In this document: positions 18,701-27,024 of the stretch, piece by piece | How the letters are laid out: each line of letters opens with the position of its first letter | How positions within the stretch are numbered: position 1 is the first letter of the stretch | Assembly: GCA_012841575.1 (NCBI GenBank) | Contig: DUUL01000039.1 | Coordinates: 38,954-102,953, forward strand | Length of the DNA stretch: 64,000 bases | Direction: 5' to 3' | Source of the DNA: Candidatus Moraniibacteriota bacterium | GTDB lineage: Bacteria > Patescibacteriota > Minisyncoccia > Moranbacterales > DUUL01 | Made by a program: the position numbers and the translations under genes | Notes under the pieces: model-generated | What the model was told of the DNA's origin: nothing | Databases searched by the model: none | What the model saw: only the letters and a program-made list of their open reading frames with translations

Positions 18701-20260
18701 TATATAAGTCGAACTGGAGAGGATGTTGTTTTAGGCTATTTTAGCGGTTCAAAAACGCATGATGATGATTTGAAGTTGATAGAAAATGTCTTGATTGAGA
18801 CTTTTGATAAATATCCAAAAGTAAAATTAACGTTGGTTGGACCTTTGACTTTAAGTGATAAGCTGAAGGCATATGAAGACAGAATCATTCGACATGATTT
18901 TGTTAGCTTCGAAAAATTGCCTGACTTAATTGCTCAAATTGATATTAATTTACTTCCATTAGCTCCGACAGAATTTAATCACGGAAAAAGTGAAATTAAA
19001 TACACTGAAGCGGCCTTAGTGAAACGACCAACTATTGCTAGTGTGACTAAGACAAACGCTTATGCTATCAAGGACGGTCAAACTGGATTTCTGGCTGAAA
19101 ATGAAAGTCAGTGGCAAGAGAAACTATTTCAGCTGATTGAAAATAAAAGTTTACGCATGAAATTAGCCAATCAAGCCTATCAAGATGTTATTAAACATTA
19201 CAACACTTTCAAAATTGGTCAGGGATTAGTTGATTTTATTAATGAAAATCGTCGAAAGAAGATAGTTTATGTTTCACCCAGTGTTAAAATTAGCGGTGGA
19301 GTGATGGTGGTTGGTCAGCATTTGAAAATGTTGCAGGCGGAAGGCTTTAATGTTTCCTTGGTTGCATGTGACAATGAGGAGAGACTTGATTGGATTGATG
19401 ATTTTTCTGTGCCAATTATTCCAATTAATTCATTTGAAAAAGCTGAGCTGAAGTTGTTAGATATTGCTGTGGCAACTCTTTGGTCAACCTTAATCTCAGT
19501 TCAGCGCTCAACTGCCCGAAAAAAATATTATTTTGTTCAAAATAAAGAGCATTTTTTCTATTCAAAAGAAGATAGTAATTTCGCACTTGCTAAAGCCACT
19601 TATTATGCAAGGAATGTTGAATTTATTACAATGTCACGGTGGTGTCAGGGGTGGCTGAAGGATGAATTTAATCAAGATGCTCGCTACATTCCCAACGGAA
19701 TTAGTGTCGACAATTTTCACAAGACCAAGCCACTTAAGCCAAAAGGTAGAAAAACTAGAATTTTAATCGAAGGCAATCCTGATGATAATTATAAGAATGT
19801 GGATGAGGCTTTTGAGATAGTTAAAAAATTAGACAGAAACAGTTTTGAGGTTTGGCTCATTAGCTATGGAGGAGAGCCTAAAAAATGGTACTCTTATGAT
19901 CAGTCTTTCAATAAGATTCCCTATAAAGAAATGAAAAAATATTACTCCAGTTGTGATATTCTATTGAAAACTTCACGCTTAGAGAGTTTTAGTTATCCAC
20001 CTTTAGAAATGATGGCGTGTGGCGGTGTTTGTGTGGTAGCAGAAAATGGAGGTAATGCTGAATATATTAAAGCTGAATTTAATGCTTTGACTTATCAGCT
20101 AGGGGATATTGAAACTGCTGTTCGGCAAATTGAAAGACTGAGAAGTGATGAGGAATTAAAAGAGAAGTTGAAAATTAATGGAATGAAAACAGTAAAAGAA
20201 AGAGCTTGGATTAATACACTAAAAGAATTAAAGCGCATTTATAACAATGGAGAGAATTAA
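15713..20260 (+). CDS. 1515-aa four-module glycosyltransferase (GT2 plus three GT-B modules)
   Basis: FLNDD/EDVD GT2; EGFGRTLVEAM; DIDDLVFD/GYFSGS/KSEIKYTEA; SGGVMV/ESFSYPPLEMMACG. Confidence 0.88.
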   Translation: MSKIKNFIADIIIPHHDRIDLLENCLSFIDQRKFNVIVESGGTFAQNCNRGAKKALTEKLIFLNDDVEIENSLLLEMCDKKSDIVGISQTIEHFPGVIFGLGMNFSREKLSISFSMNREELFFPSGFCFLIKKKCWEQLNGLDEVYQNGHEDVDLFMRAIEAKASFAFIDRPARHLHSQSAGRHDNHDRNTNLFWERWNELRIENLLRENKDRLVVDRGFFKWKNFERGLDESDFSQKFREFYLDKETAEIEFSDNIDLENELVQRNSFCVNFKDAKFTQLFKKLSLEKKFNEGVQVFLLMGDYGKFFKINPNLDQSYLDHYSNFSLWFAKKELLTASFISHSAGRYGAEKSLSNLLQEITQRGVLAQVIIPENGPIEEELLDLPIALEICETPWSTKQKDLVRVSILRKLVMEKAIESGRKIARFGADLVFSNTSVIDGGAWAAKMLNLPHIWRVLEYGRKEHSIDFIDTIENRIKFINQYSDKIIFSSEGLQNFYGKEIGFDKLAVVPEIFDLEEKGDESFTQLKTYFKNKKALKILVIGNLAEGKRQEEAVLAVSDLVKQGKEVELFLAGGHEDESYLTKIKELIAVNDLAKNVTLGGYCSEIRQLMQQADVVLSCSILEGFGRTLVEAMLQRKAVIGAASGGVKELIQEGQNGFLYKPGDYRELAEKLNYLIENSQEIALLGEKGYAFARERFQTKVTAEKAVNLLKEVKSQSKLTGPNQVTVDFLDDFSQETENSLAVLLEKERQLVDQISKNQIITNSKFWKMRNFYLKLKHWLTFVFLNPRKFFKKSIRLLKKAFNIFKEKGWRGFWKELKIFLAKNGILKPKAVITCKDFLIVSGCYLEMPQKYRCDFQKEQLEKHGLKGDFQFFTAINDAWLKYYDVFIFYRTPITPAVESFIKQAKKLNKLVIFDIDDLVFDENLVKGKHEFKAMNAEEKKIYLDGIRRHRKTMQLCDFGIASTETIAEYMRKIIPTVLINRNSVPDALLERSKKAYISRTGEDVVLGYFSGSKTHDDDLKLIENVLIETFDKYPKVKLTLVGPLTLSDKLKAYEDRIIRHDFVSFEKLPDLIAQIDINLLPLAPTEFNHGKSEIKYTEAALVKRPTIASVTKTNAYAIKDGQTGFLAENESQWQEKLFQLIENKSLRMKLANQAYQDVIKHYNTFKIGQGLVDFINENRRKKIVYVSPSVKISGGVMVVGQHLKMLQAEGFNVSLVACDNEERLDWIDDFSVPIIPINSFEKAELKLLDIAVATLWSTLISVQRSTARKKYYFVQNKEHFFYSKEDSNFALAKATYYARNVEFITMSRWCQGWLKDEFNQDARYIPNGISVDNFHKTKPLKPKGRKTRILIEGNPDDNYKNVDEAFEIVKKLDRNSFEVWLISYGGEPKKWYSYDQSFNKIPYKEMKKYYSSCDILLKTSRLESFSYPPLEMMACGGVCVVAENGGNAEYIKAEFNALTYQLGDIETAVRQIERLRSDEELKEKLKINGMKTVKERAWINTLKELKRIYNNGEN

Positions 20261-21602
20261 ATTTTTCCTGAAAAAATTCAATAAACTTGAAAATATTTAT
20301 TTAGTTTTTGGCTTACTGGCAGGGTTGCTAATGGTTTTTGTAATGCCTCCCTTCGAGGTTCCGGATGAAAACTCACATTATTATAAATCCTGGGAGATCG
20401 CTGGTGGGAAAATTTTTTGTCAACCAGAGGAAGAAGAGAGTAATCTAATTCCTAAAACTGCTAGGGATTTACCTACTTACTATGAGTTAAAAAAAGAGAA
20501 GAAAGAGTTGGAAAATTTTAAATTTGCAAGAGTCAAAGAAGAAATTGCGACAAGCCCAGATTACACCTTAGTTGAGGGGACTCGTACTCAATTTTGTTCT
20601 GCTTCACCGCTTGGACACTTGCCACCAGCAGGAGTTTTGTTTATTAGTCGACAATTGGAGTTACCTTTTTCAGTCGCTTTTTATTTAGCAAGAATAGTCA
20701 ACTTATTAATTTCAGTTTTTATTATTTATTTTGCAATTAAAATCACGCCGCTTGCTAAAAAAATCTTTTTAATCATTGCTTTATTTCCGATTGTAATTCA
20801 AGAAACAGCCTCATTAAGTCACGATGCTTTTCATCTGTCCTTGAGTCTTTTGTTTATTGCCGTAATTTTGCATTTCTGTAGTCAACCAAAAGTATTTTTA
20901 ACCAAAAAAGACTACCTTAAAACACTATTCATTTCATTAGTCGCGCTTAATATTAAATATGGCTATTTCCCGTTGGCACTTTTGTTTCTTGCTCTTCCTG
21001 CTGGAAAATTTAAAAATAGGAAACAAGAGTGGCTCGCCAAATCAATATTTGTTACCATCAATGGCTTTTTCTTTTTATTTCTTTATAAATTATTTCAATT
21101 TCCCACTAAATGGCCGGAGGGAATCGATGTTTCTGCTCAAATGAAATTTGTTCTTTTGCATCCTTTAGAGTTTTTTTATACTGTAATTAATTCTCTAAAT
21201 TCAAGCTTGTATTTTTATTGGGAGAGTATGATTGGAGTTCCAGGTCCTTTTCGTGAACATTTTCCTGTTTTACTTTACGTCTTTATTTTTCTTGGACTTT
21301 TCTTTTTCGCTGTTAAGAGCAAAGAAAAGCTCATTCTCTCTAATTGGCAAAGGGTTATTTTTCTTTTCTCTGGGACAATAACTTTCTTCTTATTATTTTT
21401 TATTCTATACTTAATTTGGACACCAGTTGGAAAGGACTTGGTCAGAGGAATACAAGGTCGCTACCTAATCATCCCGTTTCTCGTAATTCTTCTTTCCTTT
21501 TATAACAAGCCAAACTTTTCAAAGAATAATTGGTGGCTGGTGGCATTTATTGGAATTTTTATGTTTTTCACCTTTAAGCATATTTTTTCCATTTATTACT
21601 AA
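20247..21602 (+). CDS. DUF2142-like polytopic membrane protein (putative GT-C glycosyltransferase)
   Basis: PPFEVPDENSH after first TM, SLSHD, IQGRYLIP, many TM segments. Confidence 0.75.
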   Translation: MERIKFFLKKFNKLENIYLVFGLLAGLLMVFVMPPFEVPDENSHYYKSWEIAGGKIFCQPEEEESNLIPKTARDLPTYYELKKEKKELENFKFARVKEEIATSPDYTLVEGTRTQFCSASPLGHLPPAGVLFISRQLELPFSVAFYLARIVNLLISVFIIYFAIKITPLAKKIFLIIALFPIVIQETASLSHDAFHLSLSLLFIAVILHFCSQPKVFLTKKDYLKTLFISLVALNIKYGYFPLALLFLALPAGKFKNRKQEWLAKSIFVTINGFFFLFLYKLFQFPTKWPEGIDVSAQMKFVLLHPLEFFYTVINSLNSSLYFYWESMIGVPGPFREHFPVLLYVFIFLGLFFFAVKSKEKLILSNWQRVIFLFSGTITFFLLFFILYLIWTPVGKDLVRGIQGRYLIIPFLVILLSFYNKPNFSKNNWWLVAFIGIFMFFTFKHIFSIYY

Positions 21603-21610
21603 ATGAAACT

Positions 21611-22522
21611 ATGAGTAAAATAGCAGTATTGATCCCTTGCTATAATGAAGAAAAAACCATCACTAAAGTGGTTAATGATTTTAAAAAGGAATTGCCTGAG
21701 GCAGAAATTTTTGTTTATGATAATAATTCCAAAGACAAGACTTATGAACTCGCCGAAAAAGCAGGCGCCAGAATGGGAAGAGAATTTAGGCAAGGCAAAG
21801 GATTCGTTGTTCAAAGAATGTTTCGTGAAATTGAGGCTGACTATTATGTTTTAGTTGATGGTGATGACACTTATCCAGCACAGGAAGTCAAGGATTTGCT
21901 TAATGTTGCTCAAAAATATGATGCGGATATGGTGGTTGGTGATCGACTCTCTAATGGTACTTATGCCAAAGAGAATAAGCGTGGTTTCCATAATTTTGGT
22001 AACTCTTTGGTTAAAAATTTAGTCAACTTATTTTTCAAGTCGAATTTAAAAGATATTATGAGTGGCTATCGAGTTTTTTCCCGAAATTTTGTTAAAAACT
22101 ATCCCATCTTAGTGGGTGGCTTTCAGTTAGAGACAGACATGACTATTTTTGCGTTGGACAAAAAGTTTCTTATCAAAGAGTTTGCGATTCAATACAGAGA
22201 TCGACCAGCAGGCAGTGTTTCTAAGTTAAATACATTTTCTGATGGATTGAGAGTGATTGTTATTATATTTAATCTTTTAAGGTATTATCGACCTTTGTTT
22301 TTCTTTTCAACAATTGCACTAGCTTTGTTTCTATTCAGTTTAGCCGTTGGATTGCCAGTGATTACAGAATATCTAGAAACTGATTATATCACTAAGATTC
22401 CTTCAGCGGTTTTAGCTTCTGGTGCCATGATTCTCTCGCTTATTTTCTTTGTTTGTGGTATTATCTTAGATGCAATTAAGCGCTTAGAAAGCGAAATAAT
22501 TCAATTAAAAATGAAACAATGA
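21611..22522 (+). CDS. polyprenyl-phosphate sugar synthase (GtrB/DPM-like GT2)
   Basis: LIPCYNEE, YDNNSKD, GKG, VDGDDTY, DIMSGYR, two C-terminal TMs. Confidence 0.88.
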   Translation: MSKIAVLIPCYNEEKTITKVVNDFKKELPEAEIFVYDNNSKDKTYELAEKAGARMGREFRQGKGFVVQRMFREIEADYYVLVDGDDTYPAQEVKDLLNVAQKYDADMVVGDRLSNGTYAKENKRGFHNFGNSLVKNLVNLFFKSNLKDIMSGYRVFSRNFVKNYPILVGGFQLETDMTIFALDKKFLIKEFAIQYRDRPAGSVSKLNTFSDGLRVIVIIFNLLRYYRPLFFFSTIALALFLFSLAVGLPVITEYLETDYITKIPSAVLASGAMILSLIFFVCGIILDAIKRLESEIIQLKMKQ

Positions 22523-22962
22523 AAAAAATTATTCAAAAAACTCAAGGTTTGGCTTTTTTAATCCTAGCTACTTTTTTTCTAGTGGGATGTTCAGCCAAAG
22601 AAAGCAGTATTAAAATTGAAAACAATCAGGAAGATTTAGGTACATCTTCCAGCGAACTTTCAGTAACAGCCAATGATTTAGATGGTTTGCAAGAGCCTTC
22701 AGATGAAACACAACAAGATTTAGATAATTCGACTGACAACTCTGGAGATCTTGCGCCAAAACAAGATTTTGCTTCAATTAAAAACCAATTAGACAAAGAA
22801 GACTCAACCAAAAAAAACGAGGACACTGAAAAGTCAAAATCAAATACAAAAAACGAAATGAATGAAACAAATGATGGAGTTGATATTAAGGCTGAGGCAG
22901 ACAAGTGCATTAAGGATGGAGGAGTTTACAACACTTTTGCTCGACAGTGCTTTAAAAATTAA
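22519..22962 (+). CDS. putative lipoprotein with acidic low-complexity stalk and small C-terminal two-Cys domain
   Basis: hydrophobic signal ending FLVG-C; D/E/S/N-rich middle; CIKDGGVYNTFARQC; ATGA overlap with upstream gene. Confidence 0.65.
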   Translation: MKKIIQKTQGLAFLILATFFLVGCSAKESSIKIENNQEDLGTSSSELSVTANDLDGLQEPSDETQQDLDNSTDNSGDLAPKQDFASIKNQLDKEDSTKKNEDTEKSKSNTKNEMNETNDGVDIKAEADKCIKDGGVYNTFARQCFKN

Positions 22963-23012
22963 TTTTATTCTAGCTTATATTAAGAAATAAAAAAATAAAG
23001 GTAAAGATAAAA

Positions 23013-24494
23013 ATGAAATTTTTGACTAGGATTATTCTGGGAATATTTTTGCTTGGAGTTAGCGCCTCCAATGTTTTTGCTTTTTCTTCAGAAGACTTGT
23101 CAAAAGTGTATCGTTTTTATAGTCGTAATGATCAAGTTCACTTTTATACCAACTCTGAAGATGAGAAGAACTTTGTTGCGGCAACAAATCCTCCAGAACA
23201 ATGGTGGTGTGAGGGGGTGGCTTGGCAGGCATTTAACAATCAGAATAAAGGTCAGTTGCCAGTCCATCGTTTTTATAGTCAAAACTATCGTGCCCATTTT
23301 TACACTATCAGTGAGGAGGAAAAGCAATATATTATTAATACCTACAGTAAAGAGACTTGGCAGTATGAAGGGGTTGCTTACTATGCTTTTAAAGAAAGAC
23401 ATCCTGGAACTAGTCCAATCCATCGTTTTCACTCTCAAGTTTCCGGAAAACACTTTTTTACTATCTCAGAACCTGAAAAAGAAAATCTTATCAATGGGGC
23501 TTATCCCGAAGCGAGGTATAACTACGAAGGAATTGCTTGGTACACTCTTCCACCAGCAGGAGATGGGGATTGCAAAATAAAGACCACTTATCTAGGTGGT
23601 GAAATTACTGTTGGTCTTTTGGAGATGACAAGAAATCAACTTAAAGATGAAGGCTTTCGCTTAAAAGCGAATAGAGACTATTCCATTAAAGATAGATCTG
23701 GAAAGATTATTGCAGCTAGAGTTAGTGCTAACTCAGAAACAAGAGTTAAGTATGATAATGATGGAAGATTGAGGGTTTATAATTCAATTCCAGAAACAAT
23801 AGTAGACAGGGAAGTTCGTTTTGAAGAGTTTAGTGGTAATAACATTGATATAGTTTTTGAAATTAGACGCCCTGAAATGACTTACAATAAATATCGAGGG
23901 AAAATGAAACTTCGTTATAGCAAAACTTCAAAAAATATTTGGGCGATTGAAACTCTTCCTCTTGAGCAATACTTGTGGGGTTTTGGTGAAATTACTGGCA
24001 CGGGTGATGATGATTATGACAAAACCATGTTAACAGCGGCTAGAACTTATGCTTATTGGAAAATGCTCTATTCAACAAAGTACGCATCAGAAGGATTTAA
24101 GGTGGTGCCAACTCCAGCTAATCAAATTTACCGAGGTTATGTCTACGAAAAAAAGTATGGTGATATTCGTAAGGCGGCAGAAGAAACAAGAGGTCAGATT
24201 ATAAAACATAAAAGTGGTGACATTGCTTTGTCTCCTTATTCTTCTTGGACTGATGGGCGAACTAGGAGTTTTGAAGAGCGTTGGGGTTCAAAAGACTATC
24301 CTTGGTGCAAATCTGTCAAAGACCCTTATGGTAAACACCCGACTAAAAGCACTTCTCAATTAGAATCTGAAGGTAATCATATGGTTGGAATTAGTGCTCA
24401 CGGAGCACTCAATTTAGCAGGGAAGCACAACTGGAAATGGCAAGATATCATCAAATACTATCTTTCAAACGTCTCAATTGTGAGTATTTACTAA
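23013..24494 (+). CDS. secreted protein: 3x DUF5648-like repeat plus SpoIID/LytB-type lytic transglycosylase domain
   Basis: signal peptide ending VFA; 3x RF(Y/H)S...HF(Y/F)T.S..E...EG(V/I)A; YRGKM, LEQYLWGFGE, AARTYA, QIYRG, SVKDP, HMVGISAHGA, IIKYY. Confidence 0.82.
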   Translation: MKFLTRIILGIFLLGVSASNVFAFSSEDLSKVYRFYSRNDQVHFYTNSEDEKNFVAATNPPEQWWCEGVAWQAFNNQNKGQLPVHRFYSQNYRAHFYTISEEEKQYIINTYSKETWQYEGVAYYAFKERHPGTSPIHRFHSQVSGKHFFTISEPEKENLINGAYPEARYNYEGIAWYTLPPAGDGDCKIKTTYLGGEITVGLLEMTRNQLKDEGFRLKANRDYSIKDRSGKIIAARVSANSETRVKYDNDGRLRVYNSIPETIVDREVRFEEFSGNNIDIVFEIRRPEMTYNKYRGKMKLRYSKTSKNIWAIETLPLEQYLWGFGEITGTGDDDYDKTMLTAARTYAYWKMLYSTKYASEGFKVVPTPANQIYRGYVYEKKYGDIRKAAEETRGQIIKHKSGDIALSPYSSWTDGRTRSFEERWGSKDYPWCKSVKDPYGKHPTKSTSQLESEGNHMVGISAHGALNLAGKHNWKWQDIIKYYLSNVSIVSIY

Positions 24495-24500
24495 AAGTCT

Positions 24501-26474
24501 ATGTCAATAAAAAAAACAAAACTAATTCTACCTCTTTTGACGCTGAGCATTTTTCTTATTTTTCCCTTTTTAAAAGTGAGCGCCAGTCCTTTTGGTGGAA
24601 TGATCAATGTGTTGATTGAATGTACTTGCAACAATAGCACTTTGATATTTGTTGGTGATCCGGTTGGCGGAGAATTCATTAAAGCGCCGGGAACAATAGC
24701 ACATGCTTGCGAGCCAATGCTACAGGGGGAGTGGATTTTGGGCGAGTATAGCGGAGAGGTGTCTTGTGAAGTAATGACTTCTATGGGTTGTATTGAAATT
24801 AAACGAGCGCCTAAAATTGATTTTTATGGCACTTCTCCAAATGACTGCATTGGCGATGGCTCTTCTGGTTCAGGTAGCTCAACTAATCTTGGAGGCTTGC
24901 TTGGCGGTAGTAATAATTTTTTCGGTCAAAATTCAATTGATCGTTTTTTCTCTAACTCAAATTCAAACCACTTTTTCACAATGTCTCAATTAGAGATATT
25001 TAGCATTCTACAAGGACAAATAGGTGGTGACTGGAACTTTGAAGGCTTTGCTTTTAATGGCTTTCAAGGAATGAATGGGAATAATTTTAACATCACTTCT
25101 AGCCAAATTCTTGGTAGCATTAAAGATGCAATTACTAATGAAATTAAAAATAAACTTAAGCAAACTGTTTTAAATGGTGTCAATAGCAATGTTTTTGATA
25201 GCATAATTGATCCCGCTATTAATCAGGTTTTTGGTAAAATTGAAGACATAATCAAGGTTGATATGAACTTGGGAGGCAACTTAAATACAGATGTTTTAGG
25301 TCAAGTCTCTGCCGTATTAAATGTTAATATTGGGGAAATAATTAATCAAGGGAGTATTGATCAATTAATTAACGATATCGGAGGTAAAATTCAAGATGAG
25401 GTATCAAAAAGAATTGCGAATGAAATATCAAGCCGTATTAAAGTCAATATCCCGAGCGAATTAGAGGCTATTTTGCTAGGAAAGGTTGAGCCAATAACAG
25501 CAGAGCAAATAATTGAAGACATTGTTAGGAAGGTTGAGGATAAGATTTTGGGAGAAATCAACAAGGCAGTGGATAATAGCGTCATTGGGGAGCTAGAGAG
25601 AATCCTAAATGATATGCAAGGTATTGCTATTACACCAGAGAGTGCACAGGAGATATTGGATGATTTGCTAGTTTCGATGGGAAATAATGTGTTGGATGGA
25701 ATTGTTGGTAATGTTCAAGGTCAATTTGCGGGCAATTTAATTCAAGTAGTTAGAGAAGAAGTTGTTGCAGAACTACCATCTTTGATAGAAGCCAAGCTTG
25801 ATGAAAAAATTAGTCAAGCAATCCTTGACAATGTAATGGATGGAGTATTGAAAGAATTATCCAATCAGCTGGAGAATGAGGTTAATCAAAGATTGAAGCC
25901 CGTTTTCCGTTTTTATTCTTCTGCGTTAAATGCACACTTTTACACAATCAGTGAGTTGGAAAAAATGTCAATTATTAAAAACTATTCAGCTGAAGATTGG
26001 TTCTATGAAGGAATAGCTTGGTATGCTTTCAATACTCAGAGCGGACAGCAATACATTGACATTGCAAATAAAATTAGAGATAAGATCTCTAATGGACTAG
26101 GCTCTCGAGTGGATGATGCTTTAAGAGGTGAGGTGAGTGCCGAAATTATTTCAGCTTTAGAAAAAAAGTTAACCGGCTTATTGCTAGACGAAGTGAGAGA
26201 GGAAGTTGATAGAGTTTTAGATGAGCACCTTTCCAATTCTACTGCCAGGGATCTAGCCAATGTTATTGTAAATCAAGCAGATAAAGAATTAAATGACTGG
26301 ATTAAAACTAATGTTAATGACAAATTAAAGCCCGTATTTCGGTTTTATTCATCTAAACACACCACTCATTTTTACACTATAAGTCCAGTTGAAAGAGATT
26401 TTATTATTAAAAACTATTCTGCCGAGGAATGGCTTTATGAAGGAATTGCTTGGTACACTTCAAATAAAAAATAA
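24501..26474 (+). CDS. secreted protein: Cys-rich N-terminal domain plus three dispersed DUF5648-like repeats separated by amphipathic helical inserts
   Basis: signal peptide; PFGG..CTC..GG..WILG..C..C..GTS; repeats at ~24940, ~25896, ~26328. Confidence 0.75.
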   Translation: MSIKKTKLILPLLTLSIFLIFPFLKVSASPFGGMINVLIECTCNNSTLIFVGDPVGGEFIKAPGTIAHACEPMLQGEWILGEYSGEVSCEVMTSMGCIEIKRAPKIDFYGTSPNDCIGDGSSGSGSSTNLGGLLGGSNNFFGQNSIDRFFSNSNSNHFFTMSQLEIFSILQGQIGGDWNFEGFAFNGFQGMNGNNFNITSSQILGSIKDAITNEIKNKLKQTVLNGVNSNVFDSIIDPAINQVFGKIEDIIKVDMNLGGNLNTDVLGQVSAVLNVNIGEIINQGSIDQLINDIGGKIQDEVSKRIANEISSRIKVNIPSELEAILLGKVEPITAEQIIEDIVRKVEDKILGEINKAVDNSVIGELERILNDMQGIAITPESAQEILDDLLVSMGNNVLDGIVGNVQGQFAGNLIQVVREEVVAELPSLIEAKLDEKISQAILDNVMDGVLKELSNQLENEVNQRLKPVFRFYSSALNAHFYTISELEKMSIIKNYSAEDWFYEGIAWYAFNTQSGQQYIDIANKIRDKISNGLGSRVDDALRGEVSAEIISALEKKLTGLLLDEVREEVDRVLDEHLSNSTARDLANVIVNQADKELNDWIKTNVNDKLKPVFRFYSSKHTTHFYTISPVERDFIIKNYSAEEWLYEGIAWYTSNKK

Positions 26475-26492
26475 CCTTTAACTCACTTAAAA

Positions 26493-27005
26493 ATGGACAA
26501 GAAAATATTTTTCATTATTCCTTTTTTCATTGTATTAGCAGGATTACTTTTTTGGGCATATACCATTAAGAAAAGTCGTGAACTGCCAATTGACTCTGAG
26601 CAGCAGCAACAAATTTCCATTGAACAGCAAGAGAGACTGATTAATCCATCAGAGAGTGTTTATGACTCTACCACAGAAAACTCAGAAGAGGGTGAGGATA
26701 TTGTCAGAAAAACCAATTATAATATAAAAAAAGAAGACTGTGAAAATGAATGTGCTAACTTTAAGATGGAGGAGGCACTAAGACATTGTCAAGAAGTTTG
26801 TGGGTTAATTCCAGTGGCTAAGGTTGAAGGGGAGGACGCTTGCTCTGAAAAAGAAGGTGTTGCAAAAGATTATTGTTTAAGAGATAAGGCAGTAACTGCA
26901 AAAGACTTTAAGGGCTGCGATTTAATTGTCGATAAAAATATTCATCAGCAATGTAAAAATCGAGTCTTAGAAGATATTATGGATGAATCTTCAATGGAGT
27001 GGTAA
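26493..27005 (+). CDS. membrane-anchored cysteine-rich protein
   Basis: N-terminal TM, acidic linker, 8 Cys in C-terminal half (DYCLRDKAV..D..GC..I......C). Confidence 0.7.
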   Translation: MDKKIFFIIPFFIVLAGLLFWAYTIKKSRELPIDSEQQQQISIEQQERLINPSESVYDSTTENSEEGEDIVRKTNYNIKKEDCENECANFKMEEALRHCQEVCGLIPVAKVEGEDACSEKEGVAKDYCLRDKAVTAKDFKGCDLIVDKNIHQQCKNRVLEDIMDESSMEW

Positions 27006-27024
27006 TTGATCTTCATTTAATGGA

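Noticed and set aside
23053-23580. 175-aa alternative-frame ORF over the repeat region (also 28637-28849)
   Set aside because: Shadow frame of the repeated coding sequence with no protein-like motifs; explained by codon bias
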